Source: Chrysomallon squamiferum
Lineage: Eukaryota > Animalia > Mollusca
Direction of reading: 5' to 3'
Assembly: GCA_012295275.1 (NCBI GenBank)
Contig: CM022672.1
Coordinates: 1-64,000 of the forward strand
Length of the DNA: 64,000 bases
The notes below the pieces were generated by a model, which saw only the letters and a program-made list of their open reading frames with translations, did no database searches and was not told where the DNA came from. Below, one piece after another: positions 14,940 through 28,665 of the stretch. A program made the position numbers and the translations under genes. How positions within the stretch are numbered: the stretch's first letter is position 1; every line of letters starts with the position of its first letter.

Positions 14940-15051
14940 GAGATAACTATATTTTATTTTACATTAATTTTTATTTCTTTTGAAAAATCCAAGCTTATCA
15001 TTTATTGTATTGTATTGTATTGTATTGTATAATTGTATTTATTTATTTATT

Positions 15052-15102
<51 letters not shown>

Positions 15103-18100
15103 TCAGATTTGTCAAATTTATTACGTTGATTTGAATAAATAGGACTAAACATTTTGTGGCATTTTGTTTTAATAAAGAATTTAGATAATTAATTTTTGGT
15201 AATTATTTTTATAAACAATAAATTCTTCAAATGATTTTTTATTTTATTTTATTATTTTTTTTTAATGAGAGAAAAATGAAAGAAATCAGATTATTGCGCC
15301 TAGTACACATCTTAGAATATGATTTTTATGTATATTTATTATTTAAAGAAATAATTCGTTTATTTTTGGCACGATCGATCCTATTAAAGGCAACAAACAG
15401 CTGTCACACTCCATGATGAGAAGGAAATTATTTTATTATGAAGACCACAAGCTTTGTTTGACTACCATTCACATAACTGTCCATCAGTTGAATGGAAGGA
15501 ATGGAAATGGAAATGGAAAAAAATTAACGTGCTAATCAGAGCAAGCTGTTGTGAAGCACGTCTGCGACGGGCACGCTTTCTGACAGGTCAGCGGAAGGAA
15601 AAACAACGTAGTTTAAGAGAAAGTGGAATACTGGACAAAATGGTGCTCAGTGTCATGATGCAGACAGTCATTTCTACATCCAAAAATTTTACTCTCAGTG
15701 AACATAAATATGTCATAAGACATTCTGTATGGAAATCTCTGAAAGTTCATTGCATTTCCAGTAGAGTTTGTGCAAGAAAGTGTTAATAGTTAATAATAAT
15801 AATAATAATAATAAATTAAAAAAAAAAAAAAAAAAAAAAAAGATAACTTGTAATTAATTGAGGTTTTTTAATTGACCTCTGCAAGAACAAGGGAAAACCA
15901 TTTGTTTCAGAACGTCTTATAAAATTTCCTTCAAATTATGTAATGTTTGTATCACTTTTTTTTAGTACCTTGAATCTCTTAAACCATTTGCTCAAATCAT
16001 AGATTTAACTTAATTCTGCACTTTTAAAAATTATTATTGAAAAAAAAATAAAAATTAAATAAAAGAAAAGAAAATGTGTTATTCAGTACATATAATAATA
16101 TATTTAATCACAACATCTGTCAGATTTTAGGAAGTGTCCTCTTAACAGTTTGTCCAGATTACAAAGATCAGTGTGATAATTAATAACCTATAATTAATGT
16201 TTGGCCTCTCATGATGTTGAATAAGTTAGCAACTTGTAATAAAAATTAATAAATATAATTTCTGTAATAAAAATGTTAAAAAAAATAATAAAAATAATAA
16301 AAAGAGAAGAAAATGGATCCATTCAATAATGAAATTTGATATGAATTTAGCATTAAGTAATATGTTAAGGTATGTTAACAGACATGGTATTTTATATATA
16401 TATATATATATATATACTTTTTCTCTTCAGACTGATTTGTTACTTACACTATTTTCCTTAACTGAGAATAAATTATCTGCCAAACATTTATTTAGAATAA
16501 GAAAACAGACTAGACAAAAATGACTTACCTTTCATGTTGTGTATCATTTTATTATATTAATTTTTTCCACAAAAGAAAGTGATCTCCTCATCTCTTATTC
16601 CTTTAGCAAAGCACTGAATTTTCAAACAACTGAAGTGATACCAAACTAAACACTTTTCACACTGAATCATTGCACTTTGTACCTCATGCCATGGCTTCTT
16701 GCAGATACAATGTTCTTCACTGCTTCTGTCCTTCATTTGGACATCAAACATACAGGTATCTTTAAACATGCTGCTAAAAACAAACTGTTTAACATTTCCT
16801 CTATTCTGTGACCACAAAACTTGTAATATTTTCCTATTTATTTTATTATTATTCTGCCACCTAAGATTTTCTGTAACTATAACATGGGGACCAGTTGGTT
16901 TAATATTTCTTTCATTTTCTATTGTGCATGTACATCTTACTTTGTAGTTACAACAAAATATTTTCATTCCTACTTTCTTCATGGTAGCTACAAATGCCAC
17001 AAACATGACCCCAATTTTCCATCCAGATTACATTCAGTTTCTTTTTATTCTTCAAATTTTTAGCCATCTTCAATTTCTTTGTGGCTGTTCCCAGTGGACC
17101 ATCTTTTTTGTGAAGGGCAGATTATTTTCTCTGCACAAAGTGCCTGTAAATGGTGCCCTATCTTTTCTGAAGTCCAACTTGCATATCGCCCTCTTTTTCT
17201 TTTTTCCATTTGAATTTTTCTTTCCTCCATCTTCATGATTAACACTGCAACACAACAGAAGTTGATTTGTAGATTTCTGCAATCAAAGCTATTCTGTGCA
17301 AACTAATGTTACAATGGATAGCACAAACAGTCTAAACATGTATACAATGAGATGATAAGAATAAATGGATGGATGATAAAAGAATAAAATGAGATAGAAA
17401 AATAGAAAGACACACACACAAACACACATTTATAAATATATATATTTTGAGAATGAATTAGTAAAATGTGATGCTATACTGAAAAGAAGTATTTTCTTTT
17501 AAGTTACTAGAAACAGAATAGCTCTTTAACAATACTCCATGGTATTAGTGACTCAGTTCTGTTATTTGATAAAAATGTTGAATGTTATTTGAGCTTGCTG
17601 TAAACAATGGTTAGTATGAAATTTTATAACAGAAAAATTAAAACAGTGGTTAAATAAATGATCATTACAAGCATTAAATTTTTAATTAAAAAAAAATTAA
17701 AAAATTAAAAAATTCAGCAACTTAAACCTGTACTTATCATGAAGTGTAGATGAATCGCAAGATAATCACATATTTGTCTAATTGTATTTATTCTAAAAGA
17801 ACTGACAGCAGAAATGTGTTAAACATTTACCTTTCAAATTATATGACTTATAAATGTAATAAAGAGTTTGAAGTAGCTTTTTAACTTAATGTAATTATGT
17901 ATGTGCAAGTGAGTGGGAAAAAGCATCAATACATCTTACTTCACTTTTTCCCCATAATGAGAAATTATTAGTATAATCATCAGAGCATAGTGATTTATGT
18001 CACAGCATTTAGTACTGCCTGTAAAAGGAAGGTCCGTGTTGCCAATGACGACTTACAGTAACACCTTCACCCCTTAAACTGAAATTCAAAGAAGTAAAAA

Positions 18101-19055
18101 TATCTGATTCTGTGGATGTAATTTTTTTTTTAGAAATGCTGATTAATATTTCACAACAGAATAAACAGATATTATAAATTTGATATTCCCTGAAATGCAG
18201 CTCAGTCCGATGCTGAATAATATTTAACAAACACCATATTTCTTAAATAAATCATATTATTTATCTGAAGTTTATTTTTGCTATAGTTCTGAAACACATA
18301 TGCTTTATTTTACAATAAAAGTGAGTGTTTTATAGCTTAGAAGTTTAAACTGTTATTGAAACTGTGAACTATTTGTTTGAAAGAACTGTTTGCTGGAGTT
18401 ATCGTTTGTAGATTCCACAAATCCTGGAAATGTTTGCTACGTTTCTTCTTTCGGTGTAAATACGAGCCTGTAAGTTTGTCTTAATTATAATACTGAATAT
18501 TCATGTTGATGTGATAGAAACCTAAGTGCTAAAAGATGGTGAAACTGTTAACAAAATAAAAGATAAAGTTGGACTATTAAACTTTGAAGAGATGACAACA
18601 GTACAAAAGAAACTGATAAGATGGAAAGATGAAAGAATTACAGTGATACACGTGTGAACATTTTGAAGTTTTTAATCATATGAAGTTTGCTTATGAAGAA
18701 GGGAAAACAACAAAAGTAGAAAAAAGATAAATATTACAGTTGCTACTGCAGGAATGAGAGCTGGCCATGAGAAAAGTGTGACATTTAGCCATAGAAATCT
18801 GATCACTGAATGTATTGCCAGGGCTTTATTAATGAGGAAACTTCAACAAATTTTACAATTTTATTTCTTCAAGACAGATACTAATATTTCTTAAAAAAAT
18901 TAAACAACTATATTAGAATGTAAACATTTATTGGTTCCTTTAAAACAAATGACATTTTCATGCAATAAACAAGTTTCTAAGCTCAAATAAAAAGCTAAAT
19001 AAGCAACAAAACATTTCAGAGTAATGTGAATTTATCACAGTTGATTATATTGTGT
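14940..19055. repeat. Longest copy of the local duplicated block; contains the PHD-finger remnant
   Basis: Contains all segments found in the two shorter copies plus sequence at ~15440-16440 and ~16550-17330 that they lack. Confidence 0.75.
16557..17006 (-). pseudogene. ORF remnant ending in a PHD-type zinc finger, possibly transposon-derived
   Basis: CICKKPW...MIQCEKCLVWYHFSC...FFCGKN* matches C4HC3 PHD spacing but lacks the last Cys. Intronless; upstream frames broken. Confidence 0.55.
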
Positions 19056-19548
19056 TCTGATTGTGAATGTTTTAATTTTATTAGCTAACATGATTAGAAG
19101 ACAACAGTAATACATCAACCCTTCGACTATCTTACTTATCACTTTCGATTTTGGGTACAAAATACAATTATGCTGTCACCCAATCAACTTTCTTCACAAA
19201 ATGGAACTTTATTATTAAGATGCAGCAATTTTTTTTTTTTTTTTTTAATTTAGTAACAAAAAAATAAAACATTTATATATTGCACTTAAATTGTAAAAGT
19301 CTTTGACAAGAAAAACAAAATGCTGTTCACAGACAAATCATTACAGCATCATTTCTTGAAACTGTTCTGAATGGGAAAAGCAGTAGTTCAAATATATGTA
19401 AAATCTTTTAAATTTATTTAGCTTTATTTGAATAAATATATATATATGTAAAAAAAATTCAGAATGTAGTAAATATATATTGCATAAAAATTTATCATGG
19501 TTTTTAAGACATGGCTTTAATGGTAATGTTGATGATGATAATAATAAC

Positions 19549-19594
<46 letters not shown>

Positions 19595-20975
19595 TATAGT
19601 AATCTTATAGGAAAACAGACCAAACTGAAGAGAAAGAAAAAGAATGATTAAATTCTTTTTTCTACAATTTAGAAAACAAAAGGAACCTTTTTATAAATTT
19701 TCTACAATCCCAAAAATAATTTCTTTTTACTGAGGTGTCTCTATTACTTCTTTATTTACTTTTATTTAATTATAATTTTAAACTATTATTTTATGAAATG
19801 TGCATCCTACAGAAAATGAAAGAAAATTTCAATTTTGTTTTTTTTTTGCATGTTTAATGCCAGTATTAACAACATTTTAATTTTTACTATAATCATATGA
19901 TACATGTATAGCTTTGATCACAAAGACAGGACACTTTTTAAATTTACAGTAGGGGATTTTTTCTGATGGACCATTCAATATACTAAAACTAGGTGTGGTG
20001 TAAACAGAGGACTGATCATGTGATCTGTCACACATTAAAAGGAAAAACAGTTATTAATTTAGTTTTTGTGGTTTAGCAAGCTGTGAATATCTATGAAGAC
20101 ATTTCAAATGATTTTATAAAAGAGAAAATCAAAGTACTGCATGCAGTGAGTGTATAAAATTCTAACATCTTTGAAATATTATGAGAAGAATTTTGTAAAG
20201 CAATGAAAACAAAATCTTACAATAAACAAATTCAAAACTAGATGTTCATAAATATAAACATTTTCAAATAAAAATGGCACAAAAATAATTCACAATTTGA
20301 CACCAATAACAATGACTAAAAAAAGCAAAAAAGGTATTAATTCAAAATATATTACACAAAAAATGTTTTTTGTTAAAGTTTGACATCAACATAAATACAA
20401 AATGCCCTGCATTACTGTAAACTGATTAACAATTTTTAAAAATTACTTTATCAAAATGGAGTAACAAAAACCAGAAAAAATGCACAAACTAGAAAAAAAC
20501 CTGCCTGTTTGATAAACCAATCAGGGGATAAGCTGGCAAAAGTTTCTTTGAATCTACAAAAATATCAACAGTATACATACATAGCACTGAAAATCTTGTT
20601 ATGCCAAAACTCACATTTAAAATAACATGTCCAAGTAAAATAAAAAAAAAAAAAACTGTTCTAATGTCTCTATGTCTGCATGTCTGTGTGTGTGGTAGTT
20701 ATGTTTCACTTGTTATCAGTTATTAATAGCCCTTATAACTTCCAAATATACCTATGATCCTCAGAAGATTTTGAAAATTTCCATTTTTAATTCAGCTACA
20801 TTAGGAAGACACCATTAACCAATAATATAAAACTAAAAATCTATAACAACAAACATTAATAAGCTAACGGATGTTATGCATGTACAAAGATATTTAGTGT
20901 TTACACATAAAAAGTGTGACAAGAATTTGTTTTCACACATAACAAACACTAAGTGTGATTGTCGTGACAGGACAC

Positions 20976-23900
20976 TCAGGCACTGGCTGCAGCAGAGAAA
21001 GATGAACAAGTCTGTCCCTCTTTTATCACTGTGATTGGTCGCCATGACGCCCTGGGCTCACCCTGCAGGTATTTCTGTAACACAACACTGCATTTTTAAA
21101 AATATTTAATACCAATACATTTTCATTTCCAAACATTTAACAGTTATTCACAGAATAATTATATATACATACATTTTTCTGAATTTTGTTTTGAAGTTTA
21201 ACTTACGTGGGCTCTTGGTATCCCATTCTTCTTTTCTGATGGGGATGCACCACTACCCACCCAGACAAACACCTCCCACTCAGTGTCTAGCAGAAACACA
21301 TCCTGCAGAAGTGAAAGAAAACTTTAGATTTATTTTTTTAATCTACAGTCATATGATACATGTATCGTTTTGATCACAAAGAATGGGCAGAATTTTTAAC
21401 TTTATAGTAAGGATTTTTTTTCTCTTGGACATTCAATAGAAGATTAATAAAATTAGATGTGGTGTAAACTGTGGCTTGATCATGTGACCTGTCACACCTC
21501 AGCACTCTTCCTGTTTGTGAAAGCATTAAACAACTGTGTAGCTGCAGCACGCACAGCTTCCATCCAGTGTTCACTAAACAGTCAATGTACTGGTGCTGTG
21601 CACGTCAGAATCTTTGCGCAGTGGTTTGTAAAAATTAGAGAGAATGCTGCTTGCATCTTAATTGAGACGTTACTTCATCTAAACAACAAGTCTCACTTTA
21701 ACTCATTCACATACTACACTAATCATTACAGCAGTGATAACAGCCTTAGCAAGAGTGAGAAGAAAGTTTCAAGGTGAAAACAAATATAAATTACATCAGG
21801 TGCAAAGTCATCCATGCTGATATCAGAATCCTTGACACACTCAAAACTGTCAGAGTCAGTACTGTATCTGTGAATTAAAACAAACATTATTTTCAGTAAT
21901 TTATTTGCAAGACAGAGATTTAAATAATTGATCAAATAGCAAATATTTTAATCAGTGTGAAGATTTTCATGGTTTTCTTTCACTAGATAATCTGACAGTT
22001 AAAATTTAATCATTGAACAATGCATGCATGTTAATATGGTTAATTAATTGTAAATCTTTCTTACACTTTCAGATCTGTTACCCTTCCATTATCAATTTGT
22101 TACACAGTTCTAAATCACTTGTAAACAAATGATACTAAAAACAGAAAAATTAATTGTAAATACTATGTACATATCAAATAATGATTTTGGCTACTTTCTT
22201 ATGCTAATGTTTAAAGCTTTATTTTGGTCCTATTCATGTATCTCCATAATGTTGTGTTTGCAAAGATATGTCTAGATATTCGTTACAGTGGAAAAATCTG
22301 TATCGACTTGACCTCTTCAATCTGGCATTCAGAAAACTTTCAAAACCATCTTAAGCATTAAAAAAAGATATTTATGTAACCTTTTCAAACAAAATCTCAG
22401 TGTCAGTAATTCAGAGTCAAATGACTCGTATTTTACATTTTGAAATTAAATAAAATGTTTTACTCTCTATTTGTGATTAACTTTCACCACTGATGTTAAG
22501 CCAGTATACAACAATGACATCATTATGAAGTCTTGAAACATACTTGAGAAGTTTCTTCGAGTCTCCATCATCCTCATCATCACTTTCATCTTCTTCTGCT
22601 TCCTCGTCCAGAGCTTGGTAAAACTTGTGCTGTCAACACAGAAATAAATAAAAACACTGACTACAGTAACACACTTTATAAATCTGCACAATTACAAATG
22701 ATTTTTATTAATTAAAACATCACCGAGTTAAAAATTTAACAACATTAACCTGTACAGTTACAAAAGTCTGTCGCCCAGAAAATTGCTAGGTCAACAATCA
22801 TGAAGCTGCCTCAAAGATGACAAAAGTTTAAAGATTAAAATGGTGCAAATACCTAAATATTTTCTGTGAATTTCACTCAAAATACGCTTTTATCATTTTT
22901 TGTAAAAAACAGTCTATATGGAACTGTTATGTGCACCTTCCAGTAATAATCTAATCACAGAGTCGTCACTCAGGAGTCTTCAACACAATTACCAATGAAT
23001 CTTAATACTAAGAATTATTAACATACTTACAGAGGCGGTCTAAAACTAAATATTACTAAATATTACTAACATACTTACAGAGGATGTCTAAAAATAGATA
23101 TCACTAACATACTTACAGAGGATGTCTGAAACTAAATATTCCTAACATACTTACAGAGGATGGAGTGCTGTCTTCATCCAGAGTTTCTGAATCAGCAGAT
23201 CCTCTCTTTCCCTTCAAATCCATTAAAAACTGCATTGCCTGTCAATTTTTTAAATACATAAAAAATGTCAATATCACTAGTACTTTTTATCTGACATTTC
23301 ATGATTTCAGTGTTTTAAACATCAACTTTACACATTGTGTTCTTTGTAATATATTTTTTAAATCTGATTTAGAATCATAAGATTTGTATTTTGCTACTGT
23401 ATTCATAAATATGCATTCAGATATAGAGAAATGACATAGGCAAGATAAAGATTTTAATATTAACACCAGAATTACTACATGAAATCAAACATTTGTCATT
23501 AGACATCTACATTTAACCCTAACCTTGAACTTTTCATCCTTGTTGCATTCTGAACCATTCCACTGGTAAATCATTTCTCCCAGGTCAAGAATGTACACAT
23601 CACATGATTTCACCAGACTTCTTGCTCGTGGAATCTGAAAACATTTTTATTCATTAAATCTTTTTTCAAGCATCATTATCATTTTTTATTATTATTTTTG
23701 AAAAGAGGGAGGGAAAAAAGCACAGCAATGTCTTTCACTGTATACGTTAGTTACCTCTCTAACTGCAATGTCTTTCTTCTGTCCTTTAAATCTGAGAAGT
23801 CTTGGTTCATATTCTTCTGGAGTGACATGACGGAACCCAGAATCAGCTCCACCCTGCATAGTTCTGAAAATATGTACAACAGTGTTTAATTATCAGACCT

Positions 23901-26900
23901 GGTAACAACCAATTTGTAAACAGAAAAAATTCACTATCACCACATAGTGAGCTATGTTATCTTTTATATGTTACAAAATAAGAGTAATAACTACTAATAT
24001 GAAAATAAGTGTGGTGTGATATTCAAACAGTGATTTCACCAGCCTGTTTTATCTGTTTATATGTTACAAAATAAAAATGGTATAAAAATAAAAGTGATCT
24101 GATATTAAAATAACTCTGACATGATTTTATCCTTACATTTATATGTTGTGAAATAAGAGTACTATAGAATTAAAAATGGTATAAAATAAAAATAAGAGTG
24201 GTATAAAGGTAAGTGTGATATTTAAAGAACACTGACGTGATTCCTCCACTGAAGTAAGATTTAAACAGTGAAGATTCATGACCCTGAACCTCTCTGTGCT
24301 GTACACCTGCATCATCCAGAAACGTATCCAGCTCAACCGTTTTGTAGGCCACTGTTCCATATTCATCCTGCAGGCACAAATATAAAATGTGTACACATGT
24401 ATAGCAAACGAAACATAACAATGATTTCTCATTAAAAAAACAACTCAACTGACACAGAAGGTGCTTGCAAGGGGGAGGAATTTCATAAAGTTAACTATTA
24501 TGAATGAAATTTGAAAATGACATCAACAAAATGAATATTCTGATATTTCAAAAATAAATTTGTTTCCTTTGCAAATTCGCACTTCTGACCTCTAAAAGCT
24601 TCTTTATTTACTGAATTTATGTAAAGAAATCACAGTTAAGCAATGAAAAGATGTTGAGTTTCTCACTAAATACAGTTTACACATTTTCTGTTGGTATAAC
24701 TCTAGCCAATCTGTTTAAACAACTTGACAAGTAAAACACATCCATACACTTGAAACAGTAAATAAAATTAACAAAAAAATTTGACAGTTTGTGAAAATGG
24801 AGAATAATATGAACATTTAGAAAAAAAAAGAAGATGAAGAAAACATCAAAATAATACCTGTGTGCTGTTTTTCCCAATCCAGAAATGAATATCATACAGA
24901 AGTTTATCTGATTCTTCATCCTTTGTTGTCTGAGAAAAAACAATATTACACTCAGCTAGTCAAATGTAAGACAATATTACACTCAGCTAGTCAGATATAG
25001 AACATTATTACACTCAGCTAGTCAGATATAGAACAATATTACACTCAGCTAGTCAGATATAGAACAATATTACACTCAGCTAGTCAGATATAGAACAATA
25101 TCAGCTTGTTTTAATCTTTTACTGATTAAGAAATAAAAATATAAGTAGAATTTGCTCAGTGAGATGTCAGTGACAATTACTGGATGTCAGTTAACATGAC
25201 AGAAGAAACCACAGTTGCAGTCAGGAATACAATCTCTCACAGACAGTGTGAACACTGAGTCAGACCCCAGCTACACAACACAATGTAACATAACTCTCAC
25301 TGACAAATCACTAACACTTCACTTCTCTTCAACCATTTTTAAAAACTGACTGCATGTTTTCTTTAAATAATAATAAAATAAAAACACATACAGTGGTAGC
25401 TCCGAAAGCTGGTAAGATTAAATATGGGATTGTGTCTTTATACTGAACTGAATTAGGCATGATTTCAATTAAGCAACTTTATTTCTCATGTTTGTGTGAA
25501 ATAATGATGAATTTTGTTTTATAAATATGTTTCTGAAGTCATCTAATGTGAGAAACTGTGAACATTTCCAGGCAGTATCCAAAATGTCATACTTTATTAT
25601 GAACATAGAACTTACTGGATGGAAGCAGTTGTTTCTGAAATGTGGTTTATTTGAACTTAGTAACACTGATAACAAACTTTCACTGCATACACTGAGTTCT
25701 TAATAAAAACTGCCACAGACAATTATCATTATTTTTTATTCTTCCCTTTTGTGCATTTAATTACTTCAAATGTAGTATCTTGAATTTGATTCAAAGTCCC
25801 TGCATCTTCAAGATTTTGAGAGTTCACGTACATGTACATTCATACATGCATATGTGTGCCTGCCTGTGTTATATATACATATATACAAAGAGAAACAGAA
25901 ACACACACACACACACAAAAAGGCTGGCAGTTTCAGTTTTTTTTCATTATTTAGCTTTGGACAAGTTTGAATAAAAATAAAAATAAAAGAACAAACCTTT
26001 AACACAATGTATGAATCTCCATTATAAAACTCTCCATATTCCTCTTCAGGCCAATCAACAACTTCAAAATTCTATAATTAAACAAAAAATAAAATACAAC
26101 AAAACACATATTACCTCAACTCAAATAAATGAATTACTTTTAATAATACCCCTAAATTAAATGACTTTAATAATAAAATAAACATTTTTAAAAGAGGTAT
26201 TTTAAACAGCATTTGAATGATAAAAGCTCAGCAAATAAAACAAAATTTATTATTAATTTTTTATTTTGTTTTAAAAAAATAAATAAAAATAAGTAAATAA
26301 AAAATTTAAAAATTATTATTAAACCAACTATGTGAATAAAAGGTTAAGAAGAAGGGAGGTAAGAAATGAAGAGTACATACAACAATTCTCCAGATCTTGA
26401 TGCCAGGTTCCTGACCAACGCCTTGCCAGGCAGGTTCAGACTCAGCCGATTCCTCTACAAGTAAAACATTCAGTTTATATTAAAAACACTAAACTAATAC
26501 TAATAATATAATAGTTCATTAAACTAAAATAAAAACATTAAACTAATATAAAAAAATTCAACCAAATTACTTTTTGCAAAGAAGGTTTAAAAAAAAAAAA
26601 AAAAAAAAAACTGAAACATGTGCTGTTTATTCAGTATATTTTCCTACCAATTAATAATAATAAATATATTTTGTTAAATGATCTCAAAATGTGTTGTGCT
26701 TCACACTGTTAAACAAAAGTTTGTGACTTTTTTTTATACATTTTTTTTTATTTTTACTTTTTTAAATTCACTGAAGATTGAAATAAATATATAGAAAATA
26801 CTGAAATGTTAAAAAACAAAGACCTACTTTTTACTTCTTTCTCAGTGTCTGAACCAAACAATGCCAGATTAGAATCCCTCCAGTCATACTTCTTAGCTTT

Positions 26901-27353
26901 CACAAGACCTGAGAAATAAATAAATAATTGATTAAATTCACATGGATTCTTTTTTTCAAATAATTTCAGTTAAATTTTCTATAGACAAGCAGTAACAATT
27001 TTTTATAACAAATATTTAACAAAAGTGGTCACAATTTGTGCTCTACAAACTTCTTGAAATGCAACAATTTATTTTGTTTTCATCTTATATAAAATACATT
27101 AATAAACTATCTATATTTTCAGTATTGAGTCCTCACCAAGTTACTGAAATACTCAAAACAATACAACAGTTCTGTCAATATTAAATTCATTCAAGTTATG
27201 TAAATAAAGAAAATCTGTTTTCACTACTGATTCATACAGAAGACACCTCAACAGTTCTGCATGTTTACCAGTATTAAATATATTTTTAATATTGTAGTTG
27301 TGTCTGGTCATGTAAATAATGAATACTTCAAGACAGCACTTACCACGTGGCAT
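20976..27353 (-). CDS. Gelsolin-like actin-severing/capping protein (three gelsolin domains, severin/invertebrate actin-modulator type), 366 aa, 13 coding exons
   Basis: GT-AG exons 27353-27344, 26908-26828, 26454-26381, 26071-25997, 24929-24858, 24367-24237, 23863-23755, 23634-23524, 23238-23155, 22629-22544, 21867-21795, 21302-21207, 21074-20976 sum to 1101 nt in one open frame: [55 protein letters not shown]...GDSYIVL...[52 protein letters not shown]...[10 protein letters not shown]...[16 protein letters not shown]...[20 protein letters not shown]...AASA*. Confidence 0.95.
23018..23160. repeat. ~38-bp tandem repeat x4 that duplicates a gelsolin splice donor
   Basis: taacatacttacagagg occurs four times; the minus strand reads CCTCT|gtaagtatgtta each time. 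Confidence 0.85.
24941..25100. repeat. 31-bp intronic minisatellite x5
   Basis: caatattacactcagctagtcagatatagaa repeated next to the acceptor of exon 24929-24858. Confidence 0.9.
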
Positions 27354-27867
27354 GATGACTGTTAGCAGTACAACCTGGTAAAATAAACACAGATATGTTT
27401 ACATGCCATTTATAGTTACATCATATCAACAACATATATATTTGAGACATCTATCTAATCAGTGTTTATCAACTTAATTTTGGAACCTTTATCAAATTCA
27501 TTAACTAGATCAATTTACTGACAAAGAGAACAAAAGTTTTGAAATTAAATTAAATCTACTTTTATGGTTAATAATGACAACTTCAACTACTACTAAATAC
27601 ACCTGTTAATACTGGCACACTTCCTCATTACATAACTATAAAAAAAGATCAGACATTTTGTAAAAAACTTTCAAATTCAAACAGCCTACAAATAATTCTG
27701 AGTACACTTTAAACATTTTCCTTATTGAAAATATAGCATTTATTAATAGTGATACCAGAAGGCTTTATTAAAATTAAATATAATTTTTTAGTAAAATGCA
27801 CAACTATCAATAACAATAACAATAACAATAACAATAACAAATAATAATAATAATAATAATAGTGTTT

Positions 27868-28067
27868 NNNNNNNNNNNNNNNNNNNNNNNNNNNNNNNNN
27901 NNNNNNNNNNNNNNNNNNNNNNNNNNNNNNNNNNNNNNNNNNNNNNNNNNNNNNNNNNNNNNNNNNNNNNNNNNNNNNNNNNNNNNNNNNNNNNNNNNNN
28001 NNNNNNNNNNNNNNNNNNNNNNNNNNNNNNNNNNNNNNNNNNNNNNNNNNNNNNNNNNNNNNNNNNN
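27868..28067. other. Assembly gap (200 N)
   Basis: Exactly 200 N, a round size typical of scaffolding joins. Confidence 0.98.
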
Positions 28068-28665
28068 CCCCAACCCCAACCCCAACCCCAACCCCAACCC
28101 CCCCAACCCCAACCCCAACCCCAACCCCAACCCCAACCCCCCAACCCCAACCCCAACCCCCAACCCCAACCCCAACCCCAACCCCAACCCCCCCAACCCC
28201 AACCCCAACCCCAACCCCAACCCCAACCCCAACCCCCCAACCCCAACCCCAACCCCAACCCCAAACCCCCCCAACCCCAACCCCAACCCCAACCCCAACC
28301 CCAACCCCAACCCCAACCCCAACCCCCAACCCCAACCCCAACCCCAACCCCAACCCCAACCCCAACCCCAACCCCAACCCCCCAACCCCAACCCCAACCC
28401 CAACCCCAACCCCAACCCCAACCCCAACCCCCCAACCCCAACCCCAACCCCAACCCCAACCCCAACCCCAACCCCCAACCCCAACCCCAACCCCCAACCC
28501 CAACCCCCCAACCCCAACCCCAACCCCAACCCCAACCCCAACCCTAACCCTAACCCAACCCTAACCCCAACCCCAACCCTAACCCTAACCCCAACCCTAA
28601 CCCCAATTTTAATTTTTTTAACCCTAATTTTAATTTTAACCCCCAACCCCAACCCCAACCCCAAT
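28068..28665 (+). repeat. (CCCCAA)n telomere-like tract, variant or miscalled CCCTAA
   Basis: Hexamer CCCCAA with occasional CCCTAA near 28540-28600, in register with the adjoining tracts. Confidence 0.8.

Noticed and set aside
20501-20553. Possible extra minus-strand exon after the gelsolin stop
   Set aside because: Weak donor, no recognisable peptide, and the gelsolin frame is already complete.
23514-23524. TTAGGGTTA at a gelsolin splice donor
   Set aside because: Only one and a half repeats; expected by chance.
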